A stretch of DNA of 64,000 bases from a virus. This document shows, piece after piece, positions 8,914 through 20,500 of the stretch (the first letter of the stretch is position 1; each line of letters starts with the position of its first letter). The position numbers and the translations under genes were made by a program. The DNA lies in IMG/VR virus record IMGVR_UViG_3300046660_000385, positions 53,859 to 117,858 of that record. One strand, given 5' to 3'. The notes beneath the pieces are model-generated. The model was not told where the DNA came from and ran no database searches. It saw only the letters and a list, made by a program, of their open reading frames with translations.

Positions 8914-11151
8914 ATGGCTGACCCGACCACCCCGCTTGACGCGACCGACGTGACCGAAGCGGCGCCGACCATCCCGACGGTGCCCTCGCCGGTCAGCCAG
9001 CTGCCGCCGCCGCCGGCGTTCGATCCACCGCCGCCGCCGGCGCAGAAAGCCACCGTCGACGCCCTCAGCGCCGCCCTGACCTACATTTCCGGCAACCTGT
9101 CGGGTAACGCGATGGCGCTCGGCCAGGCCGCGATCGAGGCGCTGGCGTCGATCGACCTGCAGCTGCCCGAGATCGTGTCGCCCTCGCTCGACATCCCGAC
9201 CGTCACCCTCGCCGGCACGCCCGGCCCGGACGCCCCGAGCGACCTGTCGGTCGTGCTGCCCGAGGCGCCCGTCGCACCAAGCCTGCCCGAGCCGCGTTCA
9301 CTGGGCGACCTGGACGTCCCGCAATACGACCTGAGCGCGCCGCTGCTCATCGACGTGCCGCTGCCGGACCCGTTCGACCTCCTGGTGCCCGGCCCGCCCG
9401 AACTGGGCGACGTCAGCGCCCCGGTCGAGCCGGATTTCACGCTGCCGGCCGTGCCGGACCTGGTCGCGCTGGCGCTGCCGGACGCCCCCAGCTTCGACGT
9501 GCCCACCTTTACCGACGAGGCCCCGGCGCCGATCCTGCCGCCCGAGCTGGAATTCACCTGGGCCGAGGTCGAGTACCAGTCGGACCTGCTGGCCGACGTC
9601 AACAGCCGCCTGCTCGCGCTGGTACAGGGCGCCTGGTCGGCGCTGCCGGTCGAGGTCGAGCAGCGGATCTGGGATAAAAGCGTGGACGAGGCGGCCCCCG
9701 CGACCGCCCGCAGCGTCGACGAGGCCGCGCAGCAGGTCGCCGCGCGCGGGTTTGCCCTGCCCGGCGGCGAGATGGTGCGGCTGGTGCAGGGCGCGGTCAA
9801 CGCCGGCATCGACCACGACCGCGACGCCAGCCGCGAGCTGATGACCGCGCAGGCCCGCATGCAGGTGGCGAACTTCGCGTTCGCGTTCTCCAACGCCATG
9901 CAGCTTGAGGGCCAGCTGATCGCCCTGTACAACCAGGTCCAGCAGCGCGCGCTGGATGGCGCCCGCTACCGGGTCGAGGCCGCCATGCAGCTGTTCGACG
10001 CGCGCGTGAACCTGTACCAGGCCGAGGTGCAGGCGTTCGGCGCCAAGGCCGAGGTGTTCAAGGCGCGCCTCACGGCTGTCCTCAGCCGCCTGGATCTCTA
10101 CAAGGCCGAGCTGGAAGCGGTCAAGGCGAAAGGCCAGCTGAACGTCCAGCTGGCCCAGCAGTACACGGCGCAGGTGGAAGGGGTCAAGGCGATCGCCGAC
10201 GTCTACCGGGCACGCGTGTCCGCCGTCTCGCTGGCCGTGGCCAACAACAAGAACCGCACCGAACTATATAAGAGCCAGGTCGACGGCGCCGCCGCCCGCG
10301 CCAAGGGTGCGGCGTTCGGTGTGCAGGCGTACCTGGCGCAGCTGCAGAACGAGCACGCCAAGGCCGACCTGTTCAATGCGCAGGTGGCCGGCTACACCTC
10401 GCAAATCGAGGCCTACCGCGCGCTGGTCGAGGGCAAGCTGGCCGACGCCGGCCTGCAGTTCCGCCAGCAGCAGCAGTTCCCGCTGGAACTGTACAAGAGC
10501 CAGATCGCGCAGGCGATGGCGCAGACCCGCGCCGAGGCCGCCGAGATCGCGGCCAGGGCCGAGGTGCTGGTGGCCAGCACCGACAAGTACGCCGCCACCC
10601 AGCGCATGGTCGACAAGATCGTCGCCGTGGGGGCGGACGTCGAGGGCATCCAGATCAAGGCCCACACCGCGCTGGCCCAGGCCGTGATCGCCGGCAGCGG
10701 CATCGCCGAGCGCGCCTCGCTGATGGCCGCGCAGGCGACCCAGGCCGCGGCGCTGGCGCGCGCCCAGTCCGACGCGCAGATCGCCGCCGCCCGCATCAGT
10801 TCCGTGCACGTCTCGACCTCGTTCTCGCACAGCAACAGCAACTCGAACAGCACCGCCCTCAGCCAGAACAAGATCACCTCGACCACCAACAGCATATCGC
10901 AGTCGAACTCGGCCTCGAACAACATCTCGACGTCGTTCTCGAATACCACCGGCGGCACCAGTTCGTACAACGAGAGCCAGACCTACAGCGAAAACGAGAC
11001 CAACAGCGACACCGCCAACAACTCGATCTCGAACATCCACTCGCAGACCTTCTCGAACGACTCCCGCAACGAGACGCGCAACACCAATTCGGCGAATTCG
11101 TCGCTGCGCATGGAAGTTACCAACCAGCACATCTACAACCACAAGGCGTAA
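8914..11151 (+). CDS. virion protein: Pro-rich N-terminus, coiled coil, Ser/Thr/Asn tail (paralog 2)
   Basis: SD GAGGAGG; 745 aa; same architecture as 6552..8903. Confidence 0.75.
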   Translation: MADPTTPLDATDVTEAAPTIPTVPSPVSQLPPPPAFDPPPPPAQKATVDALSAALTYISGNLSGNAMALGQAAIEALASIDLQLPEIVSPSLDIPTVTLAGTPGPDAPSDLSVVLPEAPVAPSLPEPRSLGDLDVPQYDLSAPLLIDVPLPDPFDLLVPGPPELGDVSAPVEPDFTLPAVPDLVALALPDAPSFDVPTFTDEAPAPILPPELEFTWAEVEYQSDLLADVNSRLLALVQGAWSALPVEVEQRIWDKSVDEAAPATARSVDEAAQQVAARGFALPGGEMVRLVQGAVNAGIDHDRDASRELMTAQARMQVANFAFAFSNAMQLEGQLIALYNQVQQRALDGARYRVEAAMQLFDARVNLYQAEVQAFGAKAEVFKARLTAVLSRLDLYKAELEAVKAKGQLNVQLAQQYTAQVEGVKAIADVYRARVSAVSLAVANNKNRTELYKSQVDGAAARAKGAAFGVQAYLAQLQNEHAKADLFNAQVAGYTSQIEAYRALVEGKLADAGLQFRQQQQFPLELYKSQIAQAMAQTRAEAAEIAARAEVLVASTDKYAATQRMVDKIVAVGADVEGIQIKAHTALAQAVIAGSGIAERASLMAAQATQAAALARAQSDAQIAAARISSVHVSTSFSHSNSNSNSTALSQNKITSTTNSISQSNSASNNISTSFSNTTGGTSSYNESQTYSENETNSDTANNSISNIHSQTFSNDSRNETRNTNSANSSLRMEVTNQHIYNHKA

Positions 11152-11162
11152 AGGACCCGACC

Positions 11163-14100
11163 ATGCCGAACCCCGACGATCTGATCGAACCGAGCAGCCA
11201 GGGCAACCTGCGCGAGCGTATCAATGCAGGCGAAGCACAGCGCCAGGCCAGCGCCGGCCAGGTGCGTGAGCGCATCGCCGACGTCGCCGCGCGTCAGGCC
11301 CCGGAACCGGGCAACCTGCGCCAGCAAATCACCAATGCAGCGCCGATGCAGCAGGAGCAGGCGCGCGCCGTGCAGGAACGCATGGCACAGGCGCCGAACC
11401 TGCGCCAGCAGCTGACCAACGCCGCCCCGCAGCAGGCCGCCGACGCTCGCGCGGTGGCCCAGCGTCTGAATCCGCCCACGCTGACCGACGTCGTCAAGCC
11501 CGGCAACATCAACCCGTCCCTGCGCGACGACCTGATTAAAAACTCGGTGCAGGCCCAGAACGATGCGAAAGCCGTGCAGTCGCGCCTGCAGGCCGGCGCC
11601 GCACAGCCCGCGCCCGAGCCGAACCTGCGCCAGCAGATCCTGGACGCCGCGCCGCGCCAGCAGATGGAAGCCCAGCAGGTGGCGCAGCGCCTGAACGCGG
11701 GCGCACCGCCCGCCACGCCGCAGCCGGACCTGCGCGCCCAGATCAACGCCGCCGCGCCGCAGGCCCAGGCTGACGCGCAAGCGGTTCAGCAGCGCCTGCA
11801 GGCGGGCGCCCCGCCAGCCGAGCCAGGCATGCGCGAGCGCCTGCTGGCCCGCGCACAAGCCGCCCCGAGCGCCGCCGACCAGGCCCTGCGCGCGCGCCTG
11901 AACCCGCCCGGTTCAATCGCCCAGGCCGCCAGCCAGGCCGTCGCCCCGGCCGCGCCGGCCGCCGATCTTGGCCGCATGGGCGCCGGTGTCGCCGGTGCCG
12001 CCGGCCGCAACCCCGCCGCCGCCCCGGCTGCACGTCCTGCCGCGCCCGCCGCCAGCCCTGCCGCGCCAGCAGCTGGCCCGGCAGCCCCGCCCACCGCCGG
12101 CGTCACGGACGCCAGCGGCCGCCCGATCCCGACCCGCGTGCCGGGTGCGACCGGCGGCATGACCCCGTCGCCGTCGGCCGGCACCGTGCGTCCCGACGTC
12201 GGCGCGATGCGCGCCACGATGGGCCTGCCGCCGACCCCACCGGGCGCCGCCCCGGCCGCCGGCGCCGCCGCTGGCGCTGCCGGTATCGCCGCCGCTGGCC
12301 GCGCTGCAGGCGCCGCACCCGCGGCCGCCGCCGCTGCCCCTGCAGCTGCCCCCGCCGCAGGCGCCGCCGCCGATGCCGCCGCCCGCGCACGCACGGCCGC
12401 CGGTGTCGCCGGTGCCGCCGGCCGCGCAGCTGGTGCGGGTGCCCCGGCCGCTGCCGCTGCCGCCCCGGCCGCCGAAGCGGGCGCCGGCGCCAATGCCACG
12501 CGCCTGGCGCGCACCTCCTACAACGTCGGCAAGTTCGTCGGCAACAACCGGGCAATCCTCGGGAAAGCCGGCGTTGCCGGCGCCGGCGCCCAGGTGATCT
12601 CGCATTTCAACGACTACAAGCTGAACGAGCCGGACGTCGACTCGTCGGCCGGCGGCACCCTGAAAGCCCTGTTCACCGGCGACCTTTCCGGCGCCGGCAA
12701 GAGCGCCCTCAAGGGCCTCAAGGAAGCGGCGATGGACGTCGGTTCGGCCGCCGCCAACGCTGCCGACTACGTCATCCCGGGCAATGCCCCGGTCTCGCGC
12801 GCCTACGACCAGATGCTGCATGAGAAGCTGGGCGACAAGCTGGTGCCGGACAAGTCCGTGATCGCCGACATGGCGCGCGGCCAGCCCGCCCCCGCCGCCA
12901 AGCCGGTCCCGGCCGCCGCACCCGAGGCCGCGAAACCCGTCGAGAAACCGGCCGCACCCGAGGCCGCGAAACCGGCCGCGAAGGAGGGCGCCAAGCCCGC
13001 CGCCGCTCAGGCGCCGCAGCCGAACCTGTCCAACATGGCCGCCAACGCCCGCGACGAGGCGCTCGGCGCGATCGACAACGAGGAAGCGGCCGACCCGCGC
13101 GCCGTCTACTACGAGACCGTCAACCACAAGGACGGCACCACGACCTACGAGACGCGCGACCGTGGCCAGATCGTGGTCAAGGAAGGCGCCCAGCTCAGCC
13201 CCGAGGACCAGCAGCGCATCGAAACCTATAAGGGTCGTCAGTCCCAGCGCGACGGGATCGAGCAGCGTTACCAGCAGATGCTGCAGCACCTGCAGGGCGG
13301 CGGCGACGGCATGGTCCCGGCCAGCCCGGTCGCCAACGCCGCGCGCAGCGCTGGCCAGGCCCCGAGCAATCCGAAGTTCGAGCAGGCCCTGGGTGCGGAA
13401 GGCGCCGACGGTGACTTCGCCGCCTTTGCGCGCTCGCTGATCGGGCAGGAAAGCAGCAACGGCAGGAACACCAAGACCAGCAACCGCGGCGCGGTCGGGC
13501 CGATGCAGGTCCGCCCCGGCACCTTCGGCGACATGGCCGACAAGGGCTGGGACATCAACAACGAGGACCACAACATGCGTGCCGGCATCCGCTACGCCAG
13601 GATGATGTGGGAAAAGGCCGGTGGCGATCCGGCCCTGGCCGCGGCCGGCTACTACGGCGGTCCGAGCGGGCTGGAAAAGGCCCGCGCCGGCCATGCCGTG
13701 CGCGATCCGAAGAACCCGAACGCCCCGGACACCCTGCAGTACGGCCAGCAGGTGGCCGCGCGCATGGGCGCTGGCGGCGCAGCAGCAGCCCCGGCCCAGG
13801 TGGCCGCGCCGGCGGCAGCTGCCCCGGCCTACGGCGCGCGCGACTTCCGCAACCCGCTGGACGGCGCCGTCGAGGTCATCAACATGGGCGGCAACGCCGA
13901 ACGGTCGATGTACCTCCCGGGCAAGGGCGGCGACGTCCGCTCGGGCCTGACGCCCGAGGCGTACAGCACGCTGCAGACCGCCATACGCAACAACCCGGCG
14001 CTGGCCGAGCGCATGGTGGTGAACAACAGCGGCGTGGCTGTCGACGGCCTGGCGATGCCGCTGAACGTCATCGCCGGCGGCGACGGCATGATGGCGCAGT

Positions 14101-14489
14101 ACGCGCGCAGCACCGCGCAAGGCCAGCGCATCGCGGCCAACCCGACCGCCGGCAAGCTCGCCGAGCACGCGCTGCAGGGCGAATACACCAACCGCGGGCA
14201 CCAGATCCAGGGCGAGTCGAACGAACGCGTCGCCAAGACCCAGGCCGAGGCACAGATGGAAGCGCACCGTATACACACTGCGGGCGGTGGTGTCAACCAG
14301 GAGACTGGACAGCCAATGCCGACTAACATCTTCGACCAGAAGAAGAACGAATGGATCACTCCCCCTCGTAGTGTTCCGCCCAAGGCCGTGGCGATCCAGC
14401 AGGCGCGCGAATCGCTCAAGCGCGGCAGCAAGCTCGAGGACGTCAACGCAATTCTGCATGGTTACGGCTACGAGCCGATCACCCAGTAA
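11163..14489 (+). CDS. internal virion (ejection) protein with soluble lytic transglycosylase domain
   Basis: QESS catalytic Glu, GAVGPMQ, N..AG.RY and AAGYYGGP SLT motifs at about 13430-13770; N-terminal NLRQQ repeats; Ala/Pro linkers. Confidence 0.8.
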   Translation: MPNPDDLIEPSSQGNLRERINAGEAQRQASAGQVRERIADVAARQAPEPGNLRQQITNAAPMQQEQARAVQERMAQAPNLRQQLTNAAPQQAADARAVAQRLNPPTLTDVVKPGNINPSLRDDLIKNSVQAQNDAKAVQSRLQAGAAQPAPEPNLRQQILDAAPRQQMEAQQVAQRLNAGAPPATPQPDLRAQINAAAPQAQADAQAVQQRLQAGAPPAEPGMRERLLARAQAAPSAADQALRARLNPPGSIAQAASQAVAPAAPAADLGRMGAGVAGAAGRNPAAAPAARPAAPAASPAAPAAGPAAPPTAGVTDASGRPIPTRVPGATGGMTPSPSAGTVRPDVGAMRATMGLPPTPPGAAPAAGAAAGAAGIAAAGRAAGAAPAAAAAAPAAAPAAGAAADAAARARTAAGVAGAAGRAAGAGAPAAAAAAPAAEAGAGANATRLARTSYNVGKFVGNNRAILGKAGVAGAGAQVISHFNDYKLNEPDVDSSAGGTLKALFTGDLSGAGKSALKGLKEAAMDVGSAAANAADYVIPGNAPVSRAYDQMLHEKLGDKLVPDKSVIADMARGQPAPAAKPVPAAAPEAAKPVEKPAAPEAAKPAAKEGAKPAAAQAPQPNLSNMAANARDEALGAIDNEEAADPRAVYYETVNHKDGTTTYETRDRGQIVVKEGAQLSPEDQQRIETYKGRQSQRDGIEQRYQQMLQHLQGGGDGMVPASPVANAARSAGQAPSNPKFEQALGAEGADGDFAAFARSLIGQESSNGRNTKTSNRGAVGPMQVRPGTFGDMADKGWDINNEDHNMRAGIRYARMMWEKAGGDPALAAAGYYGGPSGLEKARAGHAVRDPKNPNAPDTLQYGQQVAARMGAGGAAAAPAQVAAPAAAAPAYGARDFRNPLDGAVEVINMGGNAERSMYLPGKGGDVRSGLTPEAYSTLQTAIRNNPALAERMVVNNSGVAVDGLAMPLNVIAGGDGMMAQYARSTAQGQRIAANPTAGKLAEHALQGEYTNRGHQIQGESNERVAKTQAEAQMEAHRIHTAGGGVNQETGQPMPTNIFDQKKNEWITPPRSVPPKAVAIQQARESLKRGSKLEDVNAILHGYGYEPITQ

Positions 14490-14501
14490 GGACCGGACGC
14501 T

Positions 14502-17500
14502 ATGGCAAACGACAACAAGGATCTGGGCGACTTCGCCGCGATCACCCCTGGCACGCAACCCGACCTGGGCGAGTTCGCCAAGATCACGCCCAACGGCGGC
14601 AAGCCGCGCAGCGCGATCGGCGAGATCGGCAACCAGCTCAAGGCCGGTATGCTGGTCGACCTGCCGAAGATGGCGGGCCAGGCGATCCAGTACACGTCCG
14701 ATCCTGGTCGTCCTGTCTATGAGTTCGGCAAGAGCATCGCCGACTACGCGCGCGAGCAGGAAGCGCGCCCCGACCTGCAGCCGCAGGAATACGACCACAA
14801 CATCGTCACAAACACGCTCGCCGCCGGCGCCCGCATGATCCCGCAGTCGATCATCCCGGCCGCCGGTGTCGGCCTGGTCGCGTCCGGCGTCGGCGCTGGC
14901 GCTGGCGGCGCGCTGCTGGCCGGTTCCGTGCTGGGCGCGGCCCCGGCCGGCATGGCGCAGGCCGAGGACACGCTGGAAAAGGCCCGCGCCAAGGGCGACA
15001 TTTCCGAGCACGATGCGCTGGTGGCCGCCCGCAAGACCGGCCTGATCGAGTGGGGCGGCGAGACCGTCGGCAACTACCTCGGCGGCAAGATGTTCGGCCT
15101 GGCCGGGCGCGCGATCGGCAAGACCACCGGCACCGCCGCCGAGCGTGCGCTGCAGGAAGCGACCAACACGCAGGTGCTCAAGCCGTGGATGCGCCAGCTG
15201 CCCGAGACCATCATCGGCGAAGTCGGCACGGAAATGGGCCAGAACGCGGGCGAAGCCTACGTCGAGCAGCAGGCCGGGATCGACAACCACGCGCCGTGGG
15301 ACGCCGCCAAGGAAGCGATTCTGCCGACCATCGGCATGACCGCGCTGCTGGCCCCGTTCGGCCTGGCCGGCATGGGCGTGAACGCGCACCGCCAGCAGCA
15401 ACGTAACGACGTCCTGACCTCGCCGGATGCCGACCAGAACTCGCGCACCCGCATCGCCGCCGAGATCGCGCCCGAAATCGAGAAGGTCGACCGCCAGGCC
15501 GCGGCGAATTTCCGCGTCAACGCAGCCCGCGCCATTTCGTCGAACCAGCCGCTGACGCTGGACTCGTCGCTGTTCGCCGACCCGGCGGCCGCCCCGCCCG
15601 CGCCAAGCGCCCCCGCCGCCCAGCCGGCCATCAACCCGGCCGACGCGCCGGACGCCGGCACCGACGTGGTGCCGCAGAACGCGATGACGGCCGCTGCCAG
15701 CCTGGTGCAGCCGATGCTGCCGATGCGCCAGGAGGGCGCCCAGAAGCAGGCCGAGGAACGCACCCGCACCACCGGCATCCCGCACGAGGTCGTGCCGCAC
15801 CCGAGCGCGGCCGGCATGTTCGGCGTGCGCGCGGTCCAGGACCCGGCGCTCGAACAGGGCGCAGCCCCGGCCGCCGAGGCGCCGCCGCTCGATCCTGCCG
15901 CGCCGGCGACCCCGGCCGCCCCGGTCGGCCTGCAGATCGGCGAGACCGTGCAGGCGACGATCAACGGCGAGGACGTGTTCCCGGAGGGCACCCGCATCAC
16001 CGGGTTCTCGCCGAACGGCAAGTTCGTGCTGGTCGAAGGTTCGACCGCCGGCATCCCGATCGAGAACATCACCCGCCTCGACCCGGCCGCCGCCGCCGCG
16101 ATCGAGCTTGGTGCGCACGAGGCCGCCACCAGCCCGCAGAACGACCGCCCGGAGCCGTCCGAGGCCCAGAAACACGCCGGCAACTACAAGAAAGGCCCGG
16201 CCGAGCTGCAGGGCCTGCCGCTGATGATCGAGAACCCGGTCGGCTCGACCCGCACCGGCACCGACCCGGACGGCACGCCGTGGTCGACCACCATGAGCGA
16301 CCACTACGGCTACATCCGTGGCACCAAGGGGTCCGACGGCAAGGAGCTGGACATCTACGTCGGCCCGAACCCGGCCAGCCACCATGTGTTCGTGGTCGAC
16401 CAGATGAACCAGGACACCGGCGAATACGACGAGCACAAGATCATGCTCGGCTACAACTCGCCCGAGCAGGCCCAGCGCGCCTACGAGGCGCACTACACGC
16501 AGGGCTGGCAGGGCGGCGAGAACGTCACCGCCACCACCGTCGACGGCCTCAAGGAGTGGCTCAAGGGCGACACCACCCAGCCGTTCAATCCGGCCTACTA
16601 CCCGGACATGCAGATCCCGGCCGGACCGGACCTGTTCAACACCGAGCAGGCCGCGCCGCCAGCCGTCACCACCGAGGCCCCGGCCGCGCCGCAGCAGCCG
16701 CAAGACAGGGAGCAGATCGCCCGCGACACGCTGCGCGAGCTGGGCCAGATCTCGAACGATCACTTCGGCGGCAACCACCCGAACGCGATCGACTTCGGCA
16801 CCGCCGACGGCACGTTCGCCGGCCTGGGCACCCTGAACATGGACGAGCAGGGCAACATCGTCCTGCGCCGCTTTGCCTACAACGAGGACCATGTCCTCAA
16901 GAACGGCAAGCCCGCCAGCCTGCAGGAAATGATGGATGCTTCGCTGTTTTCCGGCTCGACCCCGGACGCCGGCGCGGTGCCGACCTCGGGCCTGGCTTCG
17001 TTCCATGACGCCTACAGCAAGCGTGCGTACGACGCGATTTTCCGCATCCAGCCGCAGGAACTGGTCGAGCTGGCCAGGCAGGGCAAGGCGGTGCTCGGCA
17101 ACCTGAGCGAGGGCGAGGTCCTGCTGTCCGGCGACATCGCGGGCAAGTACCTGAGCGAACTGAACGGCAAGCCGGTCACGCCGGAAGAACTTCAGCGCCT
17201 GACCAAGCCGGCCGGGCGGATGCAGGGCGCGGCGCTGACCGAGGACGAGCTGAACGCCGCGTTCGACCAGGCCGAAAACGAGCTGGCGCAGGAGCAGAAG
17301 CCGCCCGCGCAGGAGCCGCAGGCCCAGGAACCGTCCGCACGCTGGGACAACGCTACGCCGGACGAGCGGATCGACATGCTGACCAAGGCCGGCCGAGGCG
17401 ACGTCGCCGAGGACTTCGCCCATGTGGGCTGGGACGACCTGTCGCCCCGCGCCCAGGAAGCGCTGTCCAGGCCCGCCCAGCAGCCGCAGAGCGCCTACGA

Positions 17501-20500
17501 GCGCTACAAGGAGATCATGACGCGCGGCGGCAGCGGCACGGCCAAGCTGGTCGACGAGATCCGCCGCAGCGACGAGCTGACCGACGCCCAGGTGCAGGAG
17601 CTGGTCGGGCTGCCGAAGATCGACAAGGCCGCCGAGGAGAAAAGCCGCGCCGACAGCGCCGCGTTCGGCCAGCGCGCCGCCGAGATCCTGTCGACCCTGA
17701 AAGGCCTGAAAACCCCGGACGCCATCGCCAGCGCCCAGCAGACCCTGTCCACGCTGGCCGACGACATGGACGCGGTGAACGACCGCTTCCGCAACCTGGT
17801 GCGCAAGGCCGCCGACGAGATCCCGGCGTGGATGCCGCACAACCTCGGCCAGGCCGGTGACGCCGAGCGCCAGGCCGCCAACCGCGTCAAGAACACGCTC
17901 GAAGGCGTGGCCAACTTCGGCAAGAACGTCACCGCGCCGGAACACGCCGGCAACGAATTCAAGGAATACGACCCGAACAACAGGTTCGAGCCGACCGCCT
18001 CGCCCGAGGACGCGATCGGCGAGGCCGAGATCGACGAGCGCGTGATCCCGCTCACGATGGACGCGAGCGACTTCAAGGAAGTCACCGACGAGTGGGCGTC
18101 GCTGTTCGCCGCCCCCGGCCAGAAGGTCATCACCGAGCAGCGCGCCAAGCAGGCCGGCGTCATGTCGCAGGAAGAAGCGGCCGCCCAGCTGGCCAAGTGG
18201 AAGGAACACGTCGCCAAGCAGGCCGAGGAGCACCGCGGCGAGAACTCCCAGCGCACGATCCTGTCGCTGTTCGACCTGTCGGGCGAGTGGTCCAAGCCGT
18301 GGCGCGAAGCCGGCTACAACGTCGTCACCTTCGACATCCAGACCGGCCAGGACGTGAACGACTTCTCGGTCGAATACTTCACCGACGAGTGGGACCTGAG
18401 CGACGTCTACGGCATCCTGGCCGCCGCGCCGTGCACGGATTTCACGCACGCCGCCTCGCGCCTGTGGGCCGTGAAGGACGCCGACGGCCGCACCGAGGCC
18501 TCGAAGGAGCTGGTGCTGCAGACCCTGCGCACCATCGAATATTTCCGTCCGAAGTTCTGGGCGCTGGAAAACCCGAGCGGCGGCCGGATCGAGAAAGTCA
18601 CCGGCCTGCCGTCGCCGCGCCTGTCGTTCCAGCCGCACCACTTCGGCAACCCGGAGACCAAGCCGACCGCGCTGTTCGGCAAGTTCAACCCGGAGCTGCC
18701 GCTGGCGAACGTCGCCCCGACCGGCAGCAAGACCGACAAGGTCGGCGGCAAGAGCATCGAGACCAAGAACGAGCGCTCGGAGACCCCGGAAGGGTTCGCC
18801 TATGCGTTCTTCATGGCCAACAACTACATCGACCAGACCCCCGAGCAGCGCCTGGTCGGCGACTTCCCCGAGCTGTCCGGCGCCGTCAAGGGCGCGCTCA
18901 AGGCCGGCATGGACGAAGAAGCGATCCGCGACGTCGTCACCCGCACCTACGAGGACGGCGACCCGGATGCGGCCCGCAACGAGCTGGTGCAGGCCGTGGC
19001 CGACCACGTCAAGGAGAACGGCGCCCCGGCCAAGCCGGCCGGGGTCGACTACCCGAACCGCCGCCTGGGTTTCCAGAAGGCGGCCACGGACGAGGCCGAC
19101 GCCTACAACGACCACGCCTGGGCCAACATCGCCGCGGCCAACATGAAGGTCGGCGACAAGTTCGAGCTGGGCGGCAAGCAGCAGAGCGTCGAGTCGATCA
19201 GCGACAAGACCCTGAAACTCAAGGATGCGGACGGCAAGACCCGCACCCTGAACCCGGACGGCGTGGCGTGGGACCAGTTCAAGCGCGACCTGGCCGGCCA
19301 GCTGGTGGTCGAGAACCTGCAGGCCAACAACATCATGAAGCCGGCGCGCCCGCTGATCGACATCCTGCGCCGCGATCCGGCCGCGCACGTCGACAGCAAG
19401 GGGTCCGTCTACCTGCGCGACGGCGGCCTGGTGCCGGCGGCAAAGCAGGAAGATGAGGAACAGGCGACCGCCTGGGCTGACGTCGAGACCGGCGACCGGA
19501 TGGACGTCGTCGCCTATCGCGCCCGTCCGTTCGGCGCGAAGGAGGATGGGCACCCGAAGGGCGGCGTGTTCTACGCCGAGACCGAGGACGGCACCGCCGG
19601 GTACGGCGGTACGGCTGCCGAAGTCGTCAAGGAAAAGCTGTCGCTCACGAACGTCCTGGTGGTGGACAACAAGCAGGCGGCATTGACGAAGCTGTTCGGC
19701 AAGAACAGCGACGAGCTGGGCAAGTATTTCGATGCCCGCGACGACGAGTCCAAGAACGCCGAGAGCGTGGCGGACGAGCTGATCGGCCCGGCGGCGAAGG
19801 CAGCCGGCTACGACGCCGTTCTCTACAAGCAGGACACCGACCTGTACGGCAACGCCACCCGCTCGCTGCAGGTGGTGCGCAATGTCGACAGCCAGGCCGA
19901 GCAGGCCAAGCCAGAGGCGCCCGCGCCGGCCGCGACCGAGGACGAAGCCAAGCCCGGCAAGATCCGCTCGTTCAGCGAGGACGAGAAGCGCGCGATCGCC
20001 GGGATCTCGCTCGGCACCGGCACCCTGGTCAACCGCGAACTCGAACTGGGGCTGGGCAACTTCATCCGTCCGAACACGATCAAGGCGCTGCGCGAGAAAC
20101 TGCTGGGAATGGACCCGGACAAGGTGCGGCCGTACATCGACGGCGCCGTGCGGCGCTACGAGCGCGAGCGTGCGGAAAAAGAGCCGGTCGTGCAGAACCA
20201 GCAGAAGATCCACGTCTACGACGAGAAGGAAGCCAAGCCGCTCCTGATTATCGCCTGCACCGAGGAAAAGCTGGCGGGCCGCCACGCCGTGATCGACCTG
20301 TACCAAGGGGCGATGTTCGACGTGCTGCGCAAGTGGCTGCCGAAGGGCGCGATCGACGTCTACGTCCTGTCGGCCAAGTACGGCCTGGTGCGCGCCGAAG
20401 CCGTCCTGCAGAGCTACGACGAGAAGATGACGGCCTCGCGCCAGAAGGAGCTGATCGCCGAGGGATTGGTCCCGAGCGACTTCAAGGGCAAGAATTTCAG

